This document shows positions 1 through 12,247 of a stretch of 64,000 bases of DNA, piece after piece (the first letter of the stretch is position 1; each line of letters begins with the position of its first letter). A program made the position numbers and the translations under genes. The notes beneath the pieces are model-generated. The model ran no database searches. It was given only the letters and a program-made list of their open reading frames with translations, and had not been told where the DNA came from. Source of the DNA: Octopus sinensis (lineage: Eukaryota); NCBI RefSeq assembly GCF_006345805.1, contig NC_043010.1, positions 17,112,001-17,176,000 on the forward strand. Direction: 5' to 3'.

Positions 1-425
1 GGAATCTGTCCAGAGACGTGCAACCAAACGCATACCCTCCATCAGACACCTACCATATTCTGAGCGCCTTGTTTCCCTGGGCATGGATTCACTGAAGCTC
101 CGGCGTCTAGCGACGGACTTGGTAAACACCCACAAGGTTATCAACCACCTCACCAACAACAACACTGAACACCTTTTTGATCTCCATGTGTCTAACACAC
201 GTGGACATGCCTACAAAGTCAGAAAACAGCACAGCTCCCATGACTTTCGGAAACATTTTTTCACGCTCAGGGTTGCTGAAGCGTGGAATAAACTGCCTGC
301 ATCAGTTGTTGACTGCCATGACACTGCATCCTTTAAGGCCCTCATGCTTCCCGAAATCCGTTGAAACTACACCTGATTATATATACACTTTAGATGAGTT
401 GTAGTGCACCTGAGCACTGTACACA

Positions 426-471
<46 letters not shown>

Positions 472-482
472 TATTATTATTA
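1..482 (+). mobile_element. 3' end of a CR1/L2-like LINE (RT C-terminal tail, 3' UTR and (ATT)n tail)
   Basis: ORF 83-364 reads SLKLRRLATDLVNTHKVIN...TRGHAYKVRKQHSSHDFRKHFFTLRVAEAWNKLP, matching the typical CR1/L2 terminal motif (LxxRR..DL...K; TRGH..K; R..FF..RV...WN.LP). It is followed by an (ATT)n tail at about 427-482. Confidence 0.85.
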
Positions 483-886
483 TAAAGTAGGGGACCAGTT
501 AGAGAAGAAATAAAATCGAAAACTGCTGAAGTAGAATTAGTCTTAAGCAAAAAAAATCTACGGAGAATTCTTATTTCCGAAAATGAGTAACGCTGGATCT
601 GTTCACGTCAGAAGTTGAATGCAACGGAAGTGAAAGCAACGAAGGAGATAAAAAGAAGAGTAATGTTGATAGGAGTGGGCTGATGGTGGGGAGGGTTAGC
701 AGTGGTGATGATGGTGGTGGAGGTGTTAGCATTACCAAAATTGGTATTGGAATCATACTGAAGTGCTTGTGGAGGGAGGAGTCATGTTGATGGCGTCGAT
801 CTTTGAGGCGATTGAAGTAGTATCATAATATTATTGTGCACTATGTACAAGTTTTAGTTTAATCACGGCTAACATTCCTCCCACTT

Positions 887-939
<53 letters not shown>

Positions 940-1474
940 TCCTCCTCCTCTTCCTCCTTCAGTTTAATACATCCATCTTGAAAATGCAATAAAATATTGC
1001 CGAGGAGATCGGATATTCAGGCGAGGTGTAAAAGGAAACTCGTGTTTCCAATGTCGACAACTTCTCACGTACGTTCGCCTGAAAATAGATGCGCGTCGAT
1101 CGATCGAAAAATGAGACAGACGAGAAGGGTGGCCATGTCTAAATGGAAACGAGGCAGCATTCCAGCATGGAACCATTTCTATCACTCTGTCCATAGTCAC
1201 GCGCGCACGACATACACACACACATGCACACACACACGCACACACACGCACACACGCACACACGCACATACACACACACACGCACACACACACACACGCA
1301 CACCACACACACACACACAGACGCACACACACACACACGCACACACACGCACACACACGTGCACACACGCACACACACAACCGCACACACACGTGCACAC
1401 ATATAAAAACTGGCACTCCGTCGATTGCGACGACGAGGGTTCCAGTTGATTGGAAAGCGCAGAACGGTCAGCTC

Positions 1475-1685
1475 ATGAAATTACTGTGCAAGTGGCTGAG
1501 TACTCCACAGACACGTGCACCCTTAGTGTAGTTCTCTGAGAGATCCCAGTATGACACAGAATGTGACAAGGCTGGCCCCTTCTGAATTACAGGTACAACT
1601 CATTTTTACCAGCTGAGTGGACTAGAGCAATGTGAAATAAAATGTCTTTCTCAAGGACATAACGCGCCGCTGGGAATTGAACTCG
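1475..1685 (-). mobile_element. tRNA-derived SINE fragment (family F); related copies at about 56480-56620 (-) and 63360-63660 (+)
   Basis: The minus strand reads GAGTTCAATTCCCAGCGGCGCGTTATGTCCTTGAGAAAGAC...GCTCTAGTCCACTCAGCTGGTAAAAATGAG, a B-box followed by a CORE-like central segment shared with the other two copies. Confidence 0.7.
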
Positions 1686-1728
1686 GAATACATACATACA
1701 TATTCATATTTACATACACACATACATA

Positions 1729-1789
<61 letters not shown>

Positions 1790-1797
<8 letters not shown>

Positions 1798-2070
1798 ATC
1801 ATGTGACCGACTAGACTGTCAGTTGTTGCTACACATCGCTGGTCACAATGCGCTTCGCATTGTTTTAGCCTTCAGATGACGCCAACAGAAGAAGAGCGAG
1901 AGAAAGTTGTGACGAAAGAGTACAGCAGGGATCACCACCATCCCCTGCCGGAGCCTCGTGGAGCTTTAGGTGTTTTCGCTCAATAAACACTCACAACGCC
2001 CGGTCTGGGAATCGAAACCACGATCCTACGACGGCGAGTCCGCTGCCCTAACCACTGGACCATTGCGCTG
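1790..2070 (-). mobile_element. SINE family C head (1880-2070) plus SINE tail fragment
   Basis: Reverse complement of the GCGCAATGGCCCAGTGGTTAGGGCAGCGGACTCG...GACCGGGCGTTGTG head also seen at 5966, 6502 and 13620. Confidence 0.8.
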
Positions 2071-2111
<41 letters not shown>

Positions 2112-2123
2112 TATATATATATG

Positions 2124-2179
<56 letters not shown>

Positions 2180-2584
2180 TATAAATATATATATATATAA
2201 ATATATAAATATATAAATATATAATATAAATATATATATATATATATATCTATATATATATATATATAATATATAATATATATATATATATATATATAAT
2301 ATATATATATACGCGCACACACACTATACACCACACATATTGAGGAGATAGCTATAATCCTGGGAACCATCTCATTAGCGCATCGTACCGAATCTTGGCT
2401 ACAGGAGATTTCTAAGTGTTTGGTCTATTTATAGATTGTGACACACCCAAAAAACCTCCTCGCAAACCGTTCATTTACTCGATGGTGCCTTCAAATCCCG
2501 AGGAAGCCAACGTACCATAGGACTATGACATATTCCCATATCTTATGGCATCTATTATATAAACTACATGAAATCTATAACATT

Positions 2585-3021
2585 ATTTTCTACTCTAGGT
2601 ACAAGGTCTGATATTTTGGGGGAGGGGGCCAGTCGATTAGATTGATCACAGTACGCAACTGGTACTTAATTTATCGACCCCGAAAGGATGAAAGGCAAAG
2701 TCGACCTCGGCGGAATTTGAACTCAGTACGTAGCGGCAGACGAAATACCGCTAAGCATTTCGCCCGGCGTGCAAACGATTCTTATTTCTTTATTGTCCAC
2801 AAGGGGCTAAACATAGAGGAGACAAACAAGTACAGACAAACGGATTATGTCGATTACATCGACACCAGTGCGTAATTGGTACTTAATTTTATCGACCCCG
2901 AAAGGATGAAAGGCAAAGTCGACCTCGGCGGAATTTGAACTCAGAACGTAACGTAACAGCAGACGAAATACCGCTAAGCATTTCGCCCGGCGTGCAAACG
3001 ATTCTGCCAGCTCGCCGCCTT
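2585..3021 (-). mobile_element. Tandem/nested dimer of SINE family B (OR/Meta-SINE-like)
   Basis: Two copies of GGTACTTAATTTATCGACCCCGAAAGGATGAAAGGCAAAGTCGACCTCGGCGGAATTTGAACTCAG, flanked by a near-identical direct repeat ATGAAAT(C/G)TATAACAT. Confidence 0.85.
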
Positions 3022-3138
3022 ATGAAATGTATAACATAGCGTGAGATATGGAATTAGAATATTCTCCATTTACGGAAACAATTGTAATGTCAATCTGACA
3101 TCTTTCCTCGTTTAAATTACACACGCGCGCGCGTGCGC

Positions 3139-3303
3139 GCGCTGGAGTGGCTGTGTGATAAGTAGCTTGTTTACTAACCACATCGTTCCGGGTTCAGTCC
3201 CACAGCGTGGCACCTTGGGCAAGTGTCTTCTACTATTGCCTCGGGCCGACCAAAGCCTTCTGAGTGGATTTGGTAGATGGAAACTGAAAGAAGCCCCTCA
3301 CAT

Positions 3304-3387
<84 letters not shown>

Positions 3388-3646
3388 TGTATGTATGTAT
3401 GTATGTATATGTTTGTGTGCCTCTGTTTATCCCCCAACCATCGCTTGACAACCGATGTTGGTGTGTTTACATCCACATAACATCGCGGTTCGGCAGGTGA
3501 GACTGATAGAGTAGGTACTTGGCTTACAAAGAATAAGTCCTGGGGTCGATTTGCTCGACTAAAGGCGGTGCTTCAGCATGGCCGCAGTCAAATGACTGAA
3601 ACAAATAAAAGAATAAAAGAACAGAACAAAAGAATAACTTTAAAGA

Positions 3647-3680
<34 letters not shown>

Positions 3681-3870
3681 CACAACCTCTCGACAACCGG
3701 TATCTGTGTGTTTACGTCTCCGTAAATTAGCGGTTCAGCAAAAGTGACCGATAGAATAAATATCGGCTTCAACAAAACAAGTATTGGAAGTCGATTCGTT
3801 CGACTAAAATTCTTCAAGACGATGCCCCAGCATGGCCGCAGACTAATGACCGAAACAAGTACAAGAAGAG
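3139..3870 (+). mobile_element. SINE family A (OK-like), full copy 3139-3620 plus a second 3' half at about 3680-3870
   Basis: tRNA-like head GGAGTGGCTGTGTG...GGTTCAGTCCCAC, internal (TA)/(TATG) microsatellite and tail AAGGCGGTGCTTCAGCATGGCCGCAGTC, as in the other copies in the window. Confidence 0.85.
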
Positions 3871-4172
3871 AACAAGTCACCCGATGCCATAAGATGATGG
3901 ACGGACATTGCCTCATTCTGGCGATATGGTTTGAGGACAGGAGCGCTTCCTTCAAAATCTATTTGCATCTTTCGTTCATTAGAACCGTTCAAACTCTCGG
4001 CTTTCCTTTGACGCTCCTGCGGTTTCAACATCAACAACAATCGGCGCTTTGTTATGTCGCTAGACGTTCACTGCAACGGGGCTGTTTGGATCAACGACAA
4101 GCATCAATGTCATTCCAAGTCTACTGTCTAAAAATGGTCGGGGTTTAAAGAAATCCTTGACAGGTTTTGCCA

Positions 4173-4403
4173 AGGCGGCGAGCTGGCAGAAACGTTAGCA
4201 CGCCGGGCGAAATGCTTTGTGGTATTTCGTCCGCCGCTGCGTTCTGAGTTCAAATTCCGCCGAGGTCGACTTTGCCTTTTATCCTTTCGGGGTCGATAAA
4301 TTAAGTACCAGTTACGCACTCGGATCGATGTAATCGACTTAATCCGTCTGTCTGTCCTTGTTTGTCTCCTCTGTGTTTAGCCCCTTGTGGGTAGTAAAGA
4401 AAT
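4173..4403 (+). mobile_element. SINE family B, full length, with 11-bp TSD
   Basis: GGCGGCGAGCTGGCAGAAACGTTAGC...GTAGTAAAGAAAT, flanked by AGGTTTTGCCA at 4162-4172 and 4404-4414. Other copies at about 11208-11345, 16450-16640 and 59575-59810. Confidence 0.9.
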
Positions 4404-4818
4404 AGGTTTTGCCACTTCAGAGCCTCTTCTTGAAATGGGACACGCCTCCAGTCGGCTGGCAACTGGTGTGGTGTATTAACATTAAGTTCTTATCAACCGG
4501 AATCTATAAAGAATGCTTTCAGATTGGACTCGCAGATTTGGGAAGAAGTGATCAACAGACGCCTTTGTGATTTAACGTCTACACTTAAGACGATAGGGTG
4601 ATATATGAGGGAGACTTCACTACTATGCCTAACAGCTTGAACGATTGCATAAGGACTCCCTCATTGGTACGGTGTTCCCATATTTCAAGAGGCTTCAATG
4701 TGCTACATTCTTCAAATGCTTCTTTCCGTATTATCTGGGACGGGGGCGTCATTTTGACCCCTCGTTTTTATTAACTCCTATTTTATTAACTCCTATTAAG
4801 TTCTGGCACTATGTGGAG

Positions 4819-4819
<1 letters not shown>

Positions 4820-4885
<66 letters not shown>

Positions 4886-5010
4886 TTCTACTACTACTTC
4901 TACTACTACTACTACTACAATTACTACTACCACTACTACTATTACTATAACTACTACTACTATAACTACTACTACTGCTGCTGCTGCTGCTGCTACTACT
5001 ACTATTACTA
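4820..5010. repeat. (TAC)n/(TGC)n trinucleotide microsatellite
   Basis: Direct reading; it explains the poly-Y/poly-L pseudo-ORFs. Confidence 0.95.
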
Positions 5011-5453
5011 CTATGCCAGATGTTTTTTTGTTTTGTTTTGTTTTTTTACATTTTCTAATATGAGAATCTGATTAAAAGTGCATAAGGAAACATCAATGAT
5101 AAGGAAACTAATGAATTATAAATACCGACCACACCCATCTGCCCCAGAGCTCCTCCCACCACTAATGATGTACTGATTAACCCGGTGGTTATTAATTCAG
5201 CTCGCTGTGTCTCTGCTCAGTGTTTGTGACCGACGAAGAGACAACTACTCCGTGGCGCTGTGAGCTAATCTAGATGTATGCACACCATTTGTCAACAAGC
5301 TAGATGTATTCTCCGTGACAAAACGCAGTGAGTAGCTTGTTCCCTAGTTCGAACGTGCATCAAGCATATTCGGGCTGCTAATAAACAGTGCAGTTATTAA
5401 TACTTGAAACACATTAAATAGCAAAGACGCCACAGAGTAGAATGTCTTTTGGG

Positions 5454-5886
5454 GGATCTTTTCGGTTTGAACGGCAGTTTTTTTTAACATAATTTCTAGG
5501 TAACTAAAAAATTTTAAACTTCGTATACTGGTAGAATGTGTTTATAAAACATCTTTTTCTCTTGGCTTTATTGAGAAAATTCTATAGTTTGTAAGATATT
5601 TGTTGTTGTTTTTTCTTCAATTTTTGCAATTTCAACGAATCACTGATGTCTATTGAGGTATAAAAAAAGCATTCTGTGCCGTATGAATATGTCCCTCGTT
5701 TAAGAAACAGATTGGGTTTATTTACATTTGTCAAGAAAAAAAGATACCTCCCCCCACCCCTAACCCTAACTAACCCTAACCCTAAAACTGATTGAAATGC
5801 AATAGATCGATAATAGGGTCATAATTATGAGTGACAATTTCATATGACACCGCTAGAAAAAACTGCCGTTCAAACTGAATAGATCC
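5454..5886 (+). mobile_element. GGATC-ended MITE (family E) with internal (CCCTAA)n
   Basis: TIRs GGATCTTTTCGGTTTGAACGGCAGTTTTT / AAAAACTGCCGTTCAAACTGAATAGATCC. TSD is CTTTTGGG vs CTTTTTGGG (8 bp plus a homopolymer slip). CCCTAA repeats at about 5758-5785. Confidence 0.9.
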
Positions 5887-5965
5887 CTTTTTGGGACTTC
5901 CATCTTAAGTGAGAAAGTTGTACTTTGGCTATTAAATGAGAGTCTTAAGATGTGACAGTTTCCCC

Positions 5966-6275
5966 TGTGGAGGCACATGGCCTTGTGGTTAGAGCAGCGG
6001 ACTCGCGGTCGAGGGATCGCGGGTTCGAATCTCAGACCGGGCGATGTGTGTGTTTATGAGTGAAACACCTAAGCTTCACGCGGTTCCGGCAGAAGGTAAT
6101 GGCGAAACTTCTGCTGACTCTTTCGCCACAACTTTCTCTCACTCTTTCCTCCTGCATCTTGCCGCTCACCTGCGACGGACCGGTGTCCCGTCCAGGTGGG
6201 GAACCTATACGCCAAGAAACCGGGAAACCGGCCCTTATGAGCCAGGCATGGCTCGAGAAGGAACAAACAGCAACA
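5966..6275 (+). mobile_element. SINE family C, full length, V-SINE-like central domain, 11-bp TSD
   Basis: tRNA head, CTGCGACGGACCGGTGTCCCGTCCAGG (V-domain-like) and an AAC-rich tail; TSD ACAGTTTCCCC at 5955-5965 and 6276-6286. Confidence 0.85.
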
Positions 6276-6501
6276 ACAGTTTCCCCGTCGATTTGTCGAA
6301 TGATTATCCGTAAGTCAAGCATGGAAACGGTTCTTGGGGAAATCTGATGGCAAAAGAATTCGTTCATATCTTGCAAAATTCGAAAATAGATAAATTATGA
6401 AATTTTGCTTCTGTTTGCAAGATTCTTGATGAGAAATCGTATTTTGAAATAGATGGTGTCGTACGTTGGGTGGGTCATTTTGCCAATAAAAACACACACA
6501 G

Positions 6502-6730
6502 TAGAGGCGCAATGGCCCAGTGGTTAGGGCAGCGGACTCGCGGTCGCAGGATCGCGGTTTCGATTCTCAGACCGGGCGTTGTGTGTGTTTATTGAGCGAA
6601 AACACCTAAAAAAGCTCTACGAGGCTCCGGCAGGGGGTGGTGATCCCTGCTGTACTCTTTCACCACAATGGCGGTGCCCCAGCATGGCCACAGCTCAAGA
6701 GCTGAAACTGGAAAAAACAAAAACAAACAA
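6502..6730 (+). mobile_element. SINE family C head joined to a family A-type tail
   Basis: C head through ...TGTACTCTTTCACCACAA, then GGCGGTGCCCCAGCATGGCCACAGCTC (the family A tail). Confidence 0.7.
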
Positions 6731-7005
6731 AAAACATGCTTTGGTATCAAAATATTATTCAACAATAAATTGAGGAACAAGCAATCAGGAGCATCATATC
6801 GCATCACATCAAAAGGAGCTTTGTACGTATATTCAAAATCTTTGGTGAGGGTTTTGGAAATGTCGAGAGATCTTTTGGAATGAATCCAAAAGTTTGCAGC
6901 ATCGCCAACTTTGCTTTTTCTTCTCTTTTCACTCATGTAAAATGTAAAATCAGTTTTTATTCTTTTATTTTAATTTAATTTTTTTTAGTTTCGACAAAAA
7001 TAAAG

Positions 7006-7438
7006 GGATCTTTTCAGTTTGAACGGCAGTTTTTTCTAGCGGTGTCATATGAAATTGTCACCCATAATTATGACCCTAGTATCGATCTATTGCATTTCAA
7101 TCTGTTTTAGGGTTAGGGTTAGTTAGGGTTAGGGTTAGGGTTGGGGGGAAGGGTATCTTTTTTACTTCACAAATGTAAATAAACCCAATCTGTTTCTTAA
7201 ACGAGGGACATATTCATACGGCACAGAATGTTGTTTACCTCAATAGACGTCAGTGATTGGTTGAAATTGCAGAAATTGAAGAACAAAAACAACAAATATC
7301 TTACAAACTATAGAATTTTCTCAATAAAGCCAAAAGAAAAAGATGTTTTATAAACACATTCTACCAGTATACGAAGTTTAAAATGTTTTAGTAACCTAGA
7401 AATTATGTTAAAAACTGCCGTTCAAACCGAAAAGATCC
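7006..7438 (-). mobile_element. MITE family E, inverted relative to 5454-5886
   Basis: Same TIRs; perfect 8-bp TSD AAATAAAG (6998-7005, 7439-7446); (TTAGGG)n at 7107-7153. Confidence 0.92.
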
Positions 7439-8094
7439 AAATAAAGAAATTGGTGGAAACATATTATTTCAAAACTTTATCCAGTTTAAGAACCGACAGA
7501 TATCGACAAAATATGTTAAGTCGCATACGCCTTGCAAGAGCATGGTTTCCGTTCAGGTTTCTACTATGGCCCCGAGACAACCAATGCGTCGTGAGTGAAT
7601 ATGATGGACGGAAACTGTGGAAGCCTCCATCGTGCATGTCTATATATACTTGTGTGTGTATGTGTGTGTGTGTGTGTGGTGTGTGTGTGTGTGTGCGTGT
7701 GTGTGTGACTATTTACCTGTGATTGATTGCACAGTTTTCCAGAACAGACGTTCAATGGAACAATAAAAAGGCTTTTAAAGGTCAAGTATAGGACAGGCAG
7801 GCAGACAGGCAGACAGATAGGCAGGCAGACTGGCAGACAGGCAATCAGGCAGGCAATCAGACAGACAGACAGGCAGACAGGCTGTGTTCCTTCTCTCTGA
7901 TCAATATTTCTCCCGTCTATTCTTTCTATTCGTTTCTTTTGTCTCTTTTTATCTCTCTCGTCTTTCCCCCTCCACCCCACCCCCACCAACCTTTGTTCTT
8001 TCTTTCTTTCTTTCTTCTTTCTTTCTTCCTTTCCCAAGTCAATTCCATTTAAAACACACACACACACGCGTACACACACACACACACACACACG

Positions 8095-8135
<41 letters not shown>

Positions 8136-8595
8136 GCGCATTTACCTAAGTACAAACGTAAGCCTCGACTTTTGTCTCTCTTCTATTATCAATCCCTCCC
8201 AATTCATTCAAAGCGATTGGTAGTGGTGGTGATGATGATGATGATGATGCTGATGATGATGATGATGATGATGATGACTACGGTGATGATAGTGATGGTG
8301 ATGGAGGAGGAAACAAAAGCCAATTTTCAACCGAGCAACGTAAAGATGAGAGAGAGAAAAAAAAAATCACTTTTTATGCAAACATCATCGTCTTTTGTTT
8401 CGGCAACGAATTTTACATGGTTCGTCCTGGTACTTTAATAGTGTGTGTGTGCGTGTGTGTGTGTTAATTGCATGTTTAGTGTGAATCAATTAGGTCTTCT
8501 ATAATGCAAATCATTGTTGCGGTTCTCTCAATGTCACTGATGATTGCTCTGTTTTTGTTCCTCCATTACTGCACTACAGCAGCAGCAGCAGTAGT

Positions 8596-8630
<35 letters not shown>

Positions 8631-9017
8631 TAGTAGTAGTGTCATCTTGTTCCCGTTAAGTTGCACGTATTCTATTGCAACGAGGTCGTTCAATTAATCG
8701 AATACCAAAATTTATCTGAGAACGTCTTTTGAATATATGTGTGTGTATGTGCGTATGTGCACGTTTATGTGTGTAGTTATGTGTGCGTCTATGTATGCAT
8801 GTGTACGTGTATATACAGACATACATACGTACATACGTACATACATACATATATGCATATGTATATATATATATGTGTGTGTGCGTAACAATAATCTTGA
8901 ATTTGAATGAATGACAGTGAAACAATTGTAAACTTAAGAAATCAAATTTTCTCATTCCAGTCTCCTTGATATATATATATATATATATATATCAAAATAA
9001 GCAACAAGTATATCCAA

Positions 9018-9093
<76 letters not shown>

Positions 9094-9138
9094 ATATATA
9101 TATATATATATATACATATATATATACATATATATATA

Positions 9139-9202
<64 letters not shown>

Positions 9203-9831
9203 AAATAAGCAACAAGTATATCCAAGGTAGAGTAGTACAATCGTTTCATGCTACTTCATTTTATTAAACACTGTAAGTTTTAAAATGTCGAGCAATCTTC
9301 AACCACTTATAGAATTTTCCACTCAAACGGACAATGCACATTCTTATCCCTATTTCATTTGCCAACATTATCAAGAGGGTAGATATATAGACAGAGAGGT
9401 TGATTCCATTCTTAAGAACATGATAGTATATTCACTCTCTGACTGTAGATTTTATCATTGAGTTCACTTTGTTATTTAGATCTGTCAGTGGGGAGGGGGT
9501 TCTTATTTTTGGTTGGATGGAGACAAACAATTTTTTTTATTTATAGATATAGGAAAGGGTAGTACAAATGTCAAAACCATAAACCCATTCCTATTTTGAG
9601 GAATTCAGTTTAGATATATTTGAATGTATTATAGCAAAAAGCTAGTAGGTTGAAGTTAGAGGGGTAGGGAAACATAGACTACTAGTGCTCTAGAGGTTTT
9701 AATGTCCCTTACCATTTAACATCCAGATTTTATATTTAGAAATTTGATTTACTTAAATTTATTCAGGGACCTTTTGAGCAGGATGGGTTACTCGACCAAA
9801 CGAAAATTCCTAACTGGTACTGCATCAGGGC

Positions 9832-9921
<90 letters not shown>

Positions 9922-10256
9922 GGTGGATGAACGTGGCGAGAATGGTGCGAATGAACGGGCCTGGCCTGAACATACACCCGGAGTTGGAAAAAGGAAAGGA
10001 AAAAAGGCACCTGCCCCAAAAGTCAGGGTACTCATGGGTTTTTTTATGGGGTTTTTCCATGAGCAGCCCCCGAACGTTTCCTCCCTATTCAGGATCAAAC
10101 ATTGTTCATTTCTTTCTTGTTTTTTTTTTTGCTCTTATCTAAACACAAAATTCTCACAACACACACTCACACACATATACACACATTCTTTGTTTTGTCC
10201 TGTACTGTTCAATAATGTTTTTTTTTCTTATGTAAACCTTTCTGGTTAATAAAGAA

Positions 10257-10303
<47 letters not shown>

Positions 10304-10394
10304 CATTATTATTGTAGGCTCTAATGGTCCCAAACCCGGAGAGAACACAACACGTGACACTTGAAGGTGAACTGTTATAAATCATCTGTGAATA

Positions 10395-10458
10395 ATGCCT
10401 CCTCTGCTCCAGCTGGCCTGTACCTTCTTTATCTTAGCGACGTTCTCAGTAAGAACAG
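10395..10458 (+). CDS. Ly6/three-finger (quiver/sleepless-like) GPI protein, coding exon 1 (signal peptide)
   Basis: ATG at 10395 gives MPPLLQLACTFFILATFSVRT+G, then a strong donor AG|GTGAGT in phase 1, matching the phase of exon 29571. A possible acceptor TTGTAG ends at 10317. This is the only good signal-peptide exon I found upstream, but the link spans a 19-kb intron and is inferred. Confidence 0.75.
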
Positions 10459-10689
10459 GTGAGTATTTCTCCGGACTCTATTAAACTTTCTCTTTATCAT
10501 CTCATTTCCTTTCTGCTGCTTACCATGTTGCTGTTTCTGCTGCTAATATTGCTGTTGTTGCTGTTGTTGTTGTTGCTGTTGTTGCTGTTGTTGCTGCTGC
10601 TGCTGTTGCTGCTATTGTTGTTGCTGTTATGAATTCTGTAGGAACACATTGTACTGTGAATTGTAACACTAAATTATTTTATCATAAGA

Positions 10690-11081
10690 CTAGCAGTATC
10701 GCCCGGCGTTGCTCGGGTTTGTTTCGACCCTTTAGAATTGGAATTTTTGAAAAGTAAAAATTTTGCATTATGTAGCTTGTTATTCTCTTTAAGTGAACAT
10801 TTTTCTGGTTGAAATACACCGAAAAATGGCGACACAGCAGTCAAAAAATCGTAAAAAATAGGGATTTTCATAGAAAAAAAGCACCTTTTTAATGTAAATA
10901 ATTTTTGGTGTTAACATTGTCCGATTTGATTTTTTTCTTCTACGGAAGGAAGAGCAAGCCTTCTTCTATCATACTCTCAATTTTGGTCAACTTGTGCCGC
11001 AGGGTCTCGGAGGAGATATTTTTAGTTGAAGGCTACCAAACCTGCCATACACAGACAGCTTCAGCTTTATATATCGAGAGA
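10690..11081 (-). mobile_element. Non-autonomous Helitron
   Basis: The minus strand starts A|TCTCTCGATATATAAAG and ends with hairpin CCCGAGCAACGCCGGG + CGATACTGCTAG|T. The 3' 330 bp is shared with 41630-41956. Confidence 0.85.
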
Positions 11082-12213
11082 TTATATAGAAACAATAATT
11101 AATTCATCAGACAAAGTTATTAGACATAGTTTCAGATCGAAATTAAGATCGATTTGATTGGACATATCCCCGCTCGACAATGATCTGGGGACAGTATACA
11201 GTGTACCAAGGGCGGTGAGCTGGCAGAACCGTTGGGAGGCTGGAAAAAGTGCTTAGCGGCATTTCATCTGTCCTGAGTTCAAATTTCGCCGATGTTGACT
11301 TTGCCTTTCATCCTTTCGGGGCCGATAAAAGAAGTACCAATCGGACACAGAAGTCAAAATAATCCACTTGCACGCTCCTCCAATCACCACAACTGCTAGC
11401 TTTGTGCCAAAATTTGTAACCAATACAAAATGTGCCTCAAAAAAAAAAACCCTCGAGGTCACTATCCTTGAGAGACTTTTCAACAAAAAGCACACAGTGT
11501 GTACCATCCTAAATCATAATACTAAGTGAAAAGTAAACGAGAAAACATTCTTTATTACAGTTTGAAATGTGAAAGAAACCAAACTGAGGAGGTGGAATAT
11601 CACCGAGATGTGTCTCAAGTATTTTCATTGGTTTATTATTTGTTTTTCCATCTCAGAACAAAGAATAAACTCCTCGGATTTTTATTTAAAAGAAAAACAG
11701 TATTGCACTGGTTAATTTGTTTCTCTAAGTAGAATTTCAGTAAAGAAAACTAAACAATTTTATCTTCAAGGGGAAAATTTTATTGAAAAGAAAACTAGAA
11801 TTGCAACTTTGGTGAAGTGAGTTTAATTCTGAGAAAAAGATTGACATTTTTTCCTCAGAATTAAACTCATTTCACCAAAGTTTCCATGGTCACAATAATC
11901 ACATATATATATTATTTTAATCGAAACCGGTTACTGTCGGAGATTCGTTACACATGGGCTCATGCTGAGATTGTCTATCAATGCGGAACAAATACTACAC
12001 ATGGTTTCTGTTGCTGATATTTACATTTTCACAGGCTGATCAACAGAAGATATGCAGAGTAACCCAAATGAAGTAAATTTACTAGTCATACCTTTACTAA
12101 TATACAAAGCATTTATTTAAAATTAGGTCGCAGTATTTGTATAATAATGAAAACCACTACAAACGTTCTTACGCTTTGCCACATTGTTGTATAAAGAAAG
12201 GAGAAAGATAGCT

Positions 12214-12247
<34 letters not shown>

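Noticed and set aside
3870-4140. Possible mariner N-terminal relic
   Set aside because: Only faint, multi-frame similarity (DAPAVSTSTT vs DAPRSGRPSTSTT) and no TIR; not supportable.
5200-5335. Possible non-coding first exon of the Ly6 gene ending at GCA|GTGAGT
   Set aside because: A donor-like hexamer alone is insufficient; no promoter or transcript evidence is visible.
5966-6050. tRNA genes
   Set aside because: The A/B-box tRNA-like heads (here and in all SINE copies) run directly into SINE bodies, have TSDs and lack a complete cloverleaf.
8990-9250. ATCAAAATAAGCAACAAGTATATCCAAG repeated around a (TA)n (also at about 35532)
   Set aside because: Most simply a common (TA)n-associated repeat fragment with a small local duplication; nothing further is supportable.
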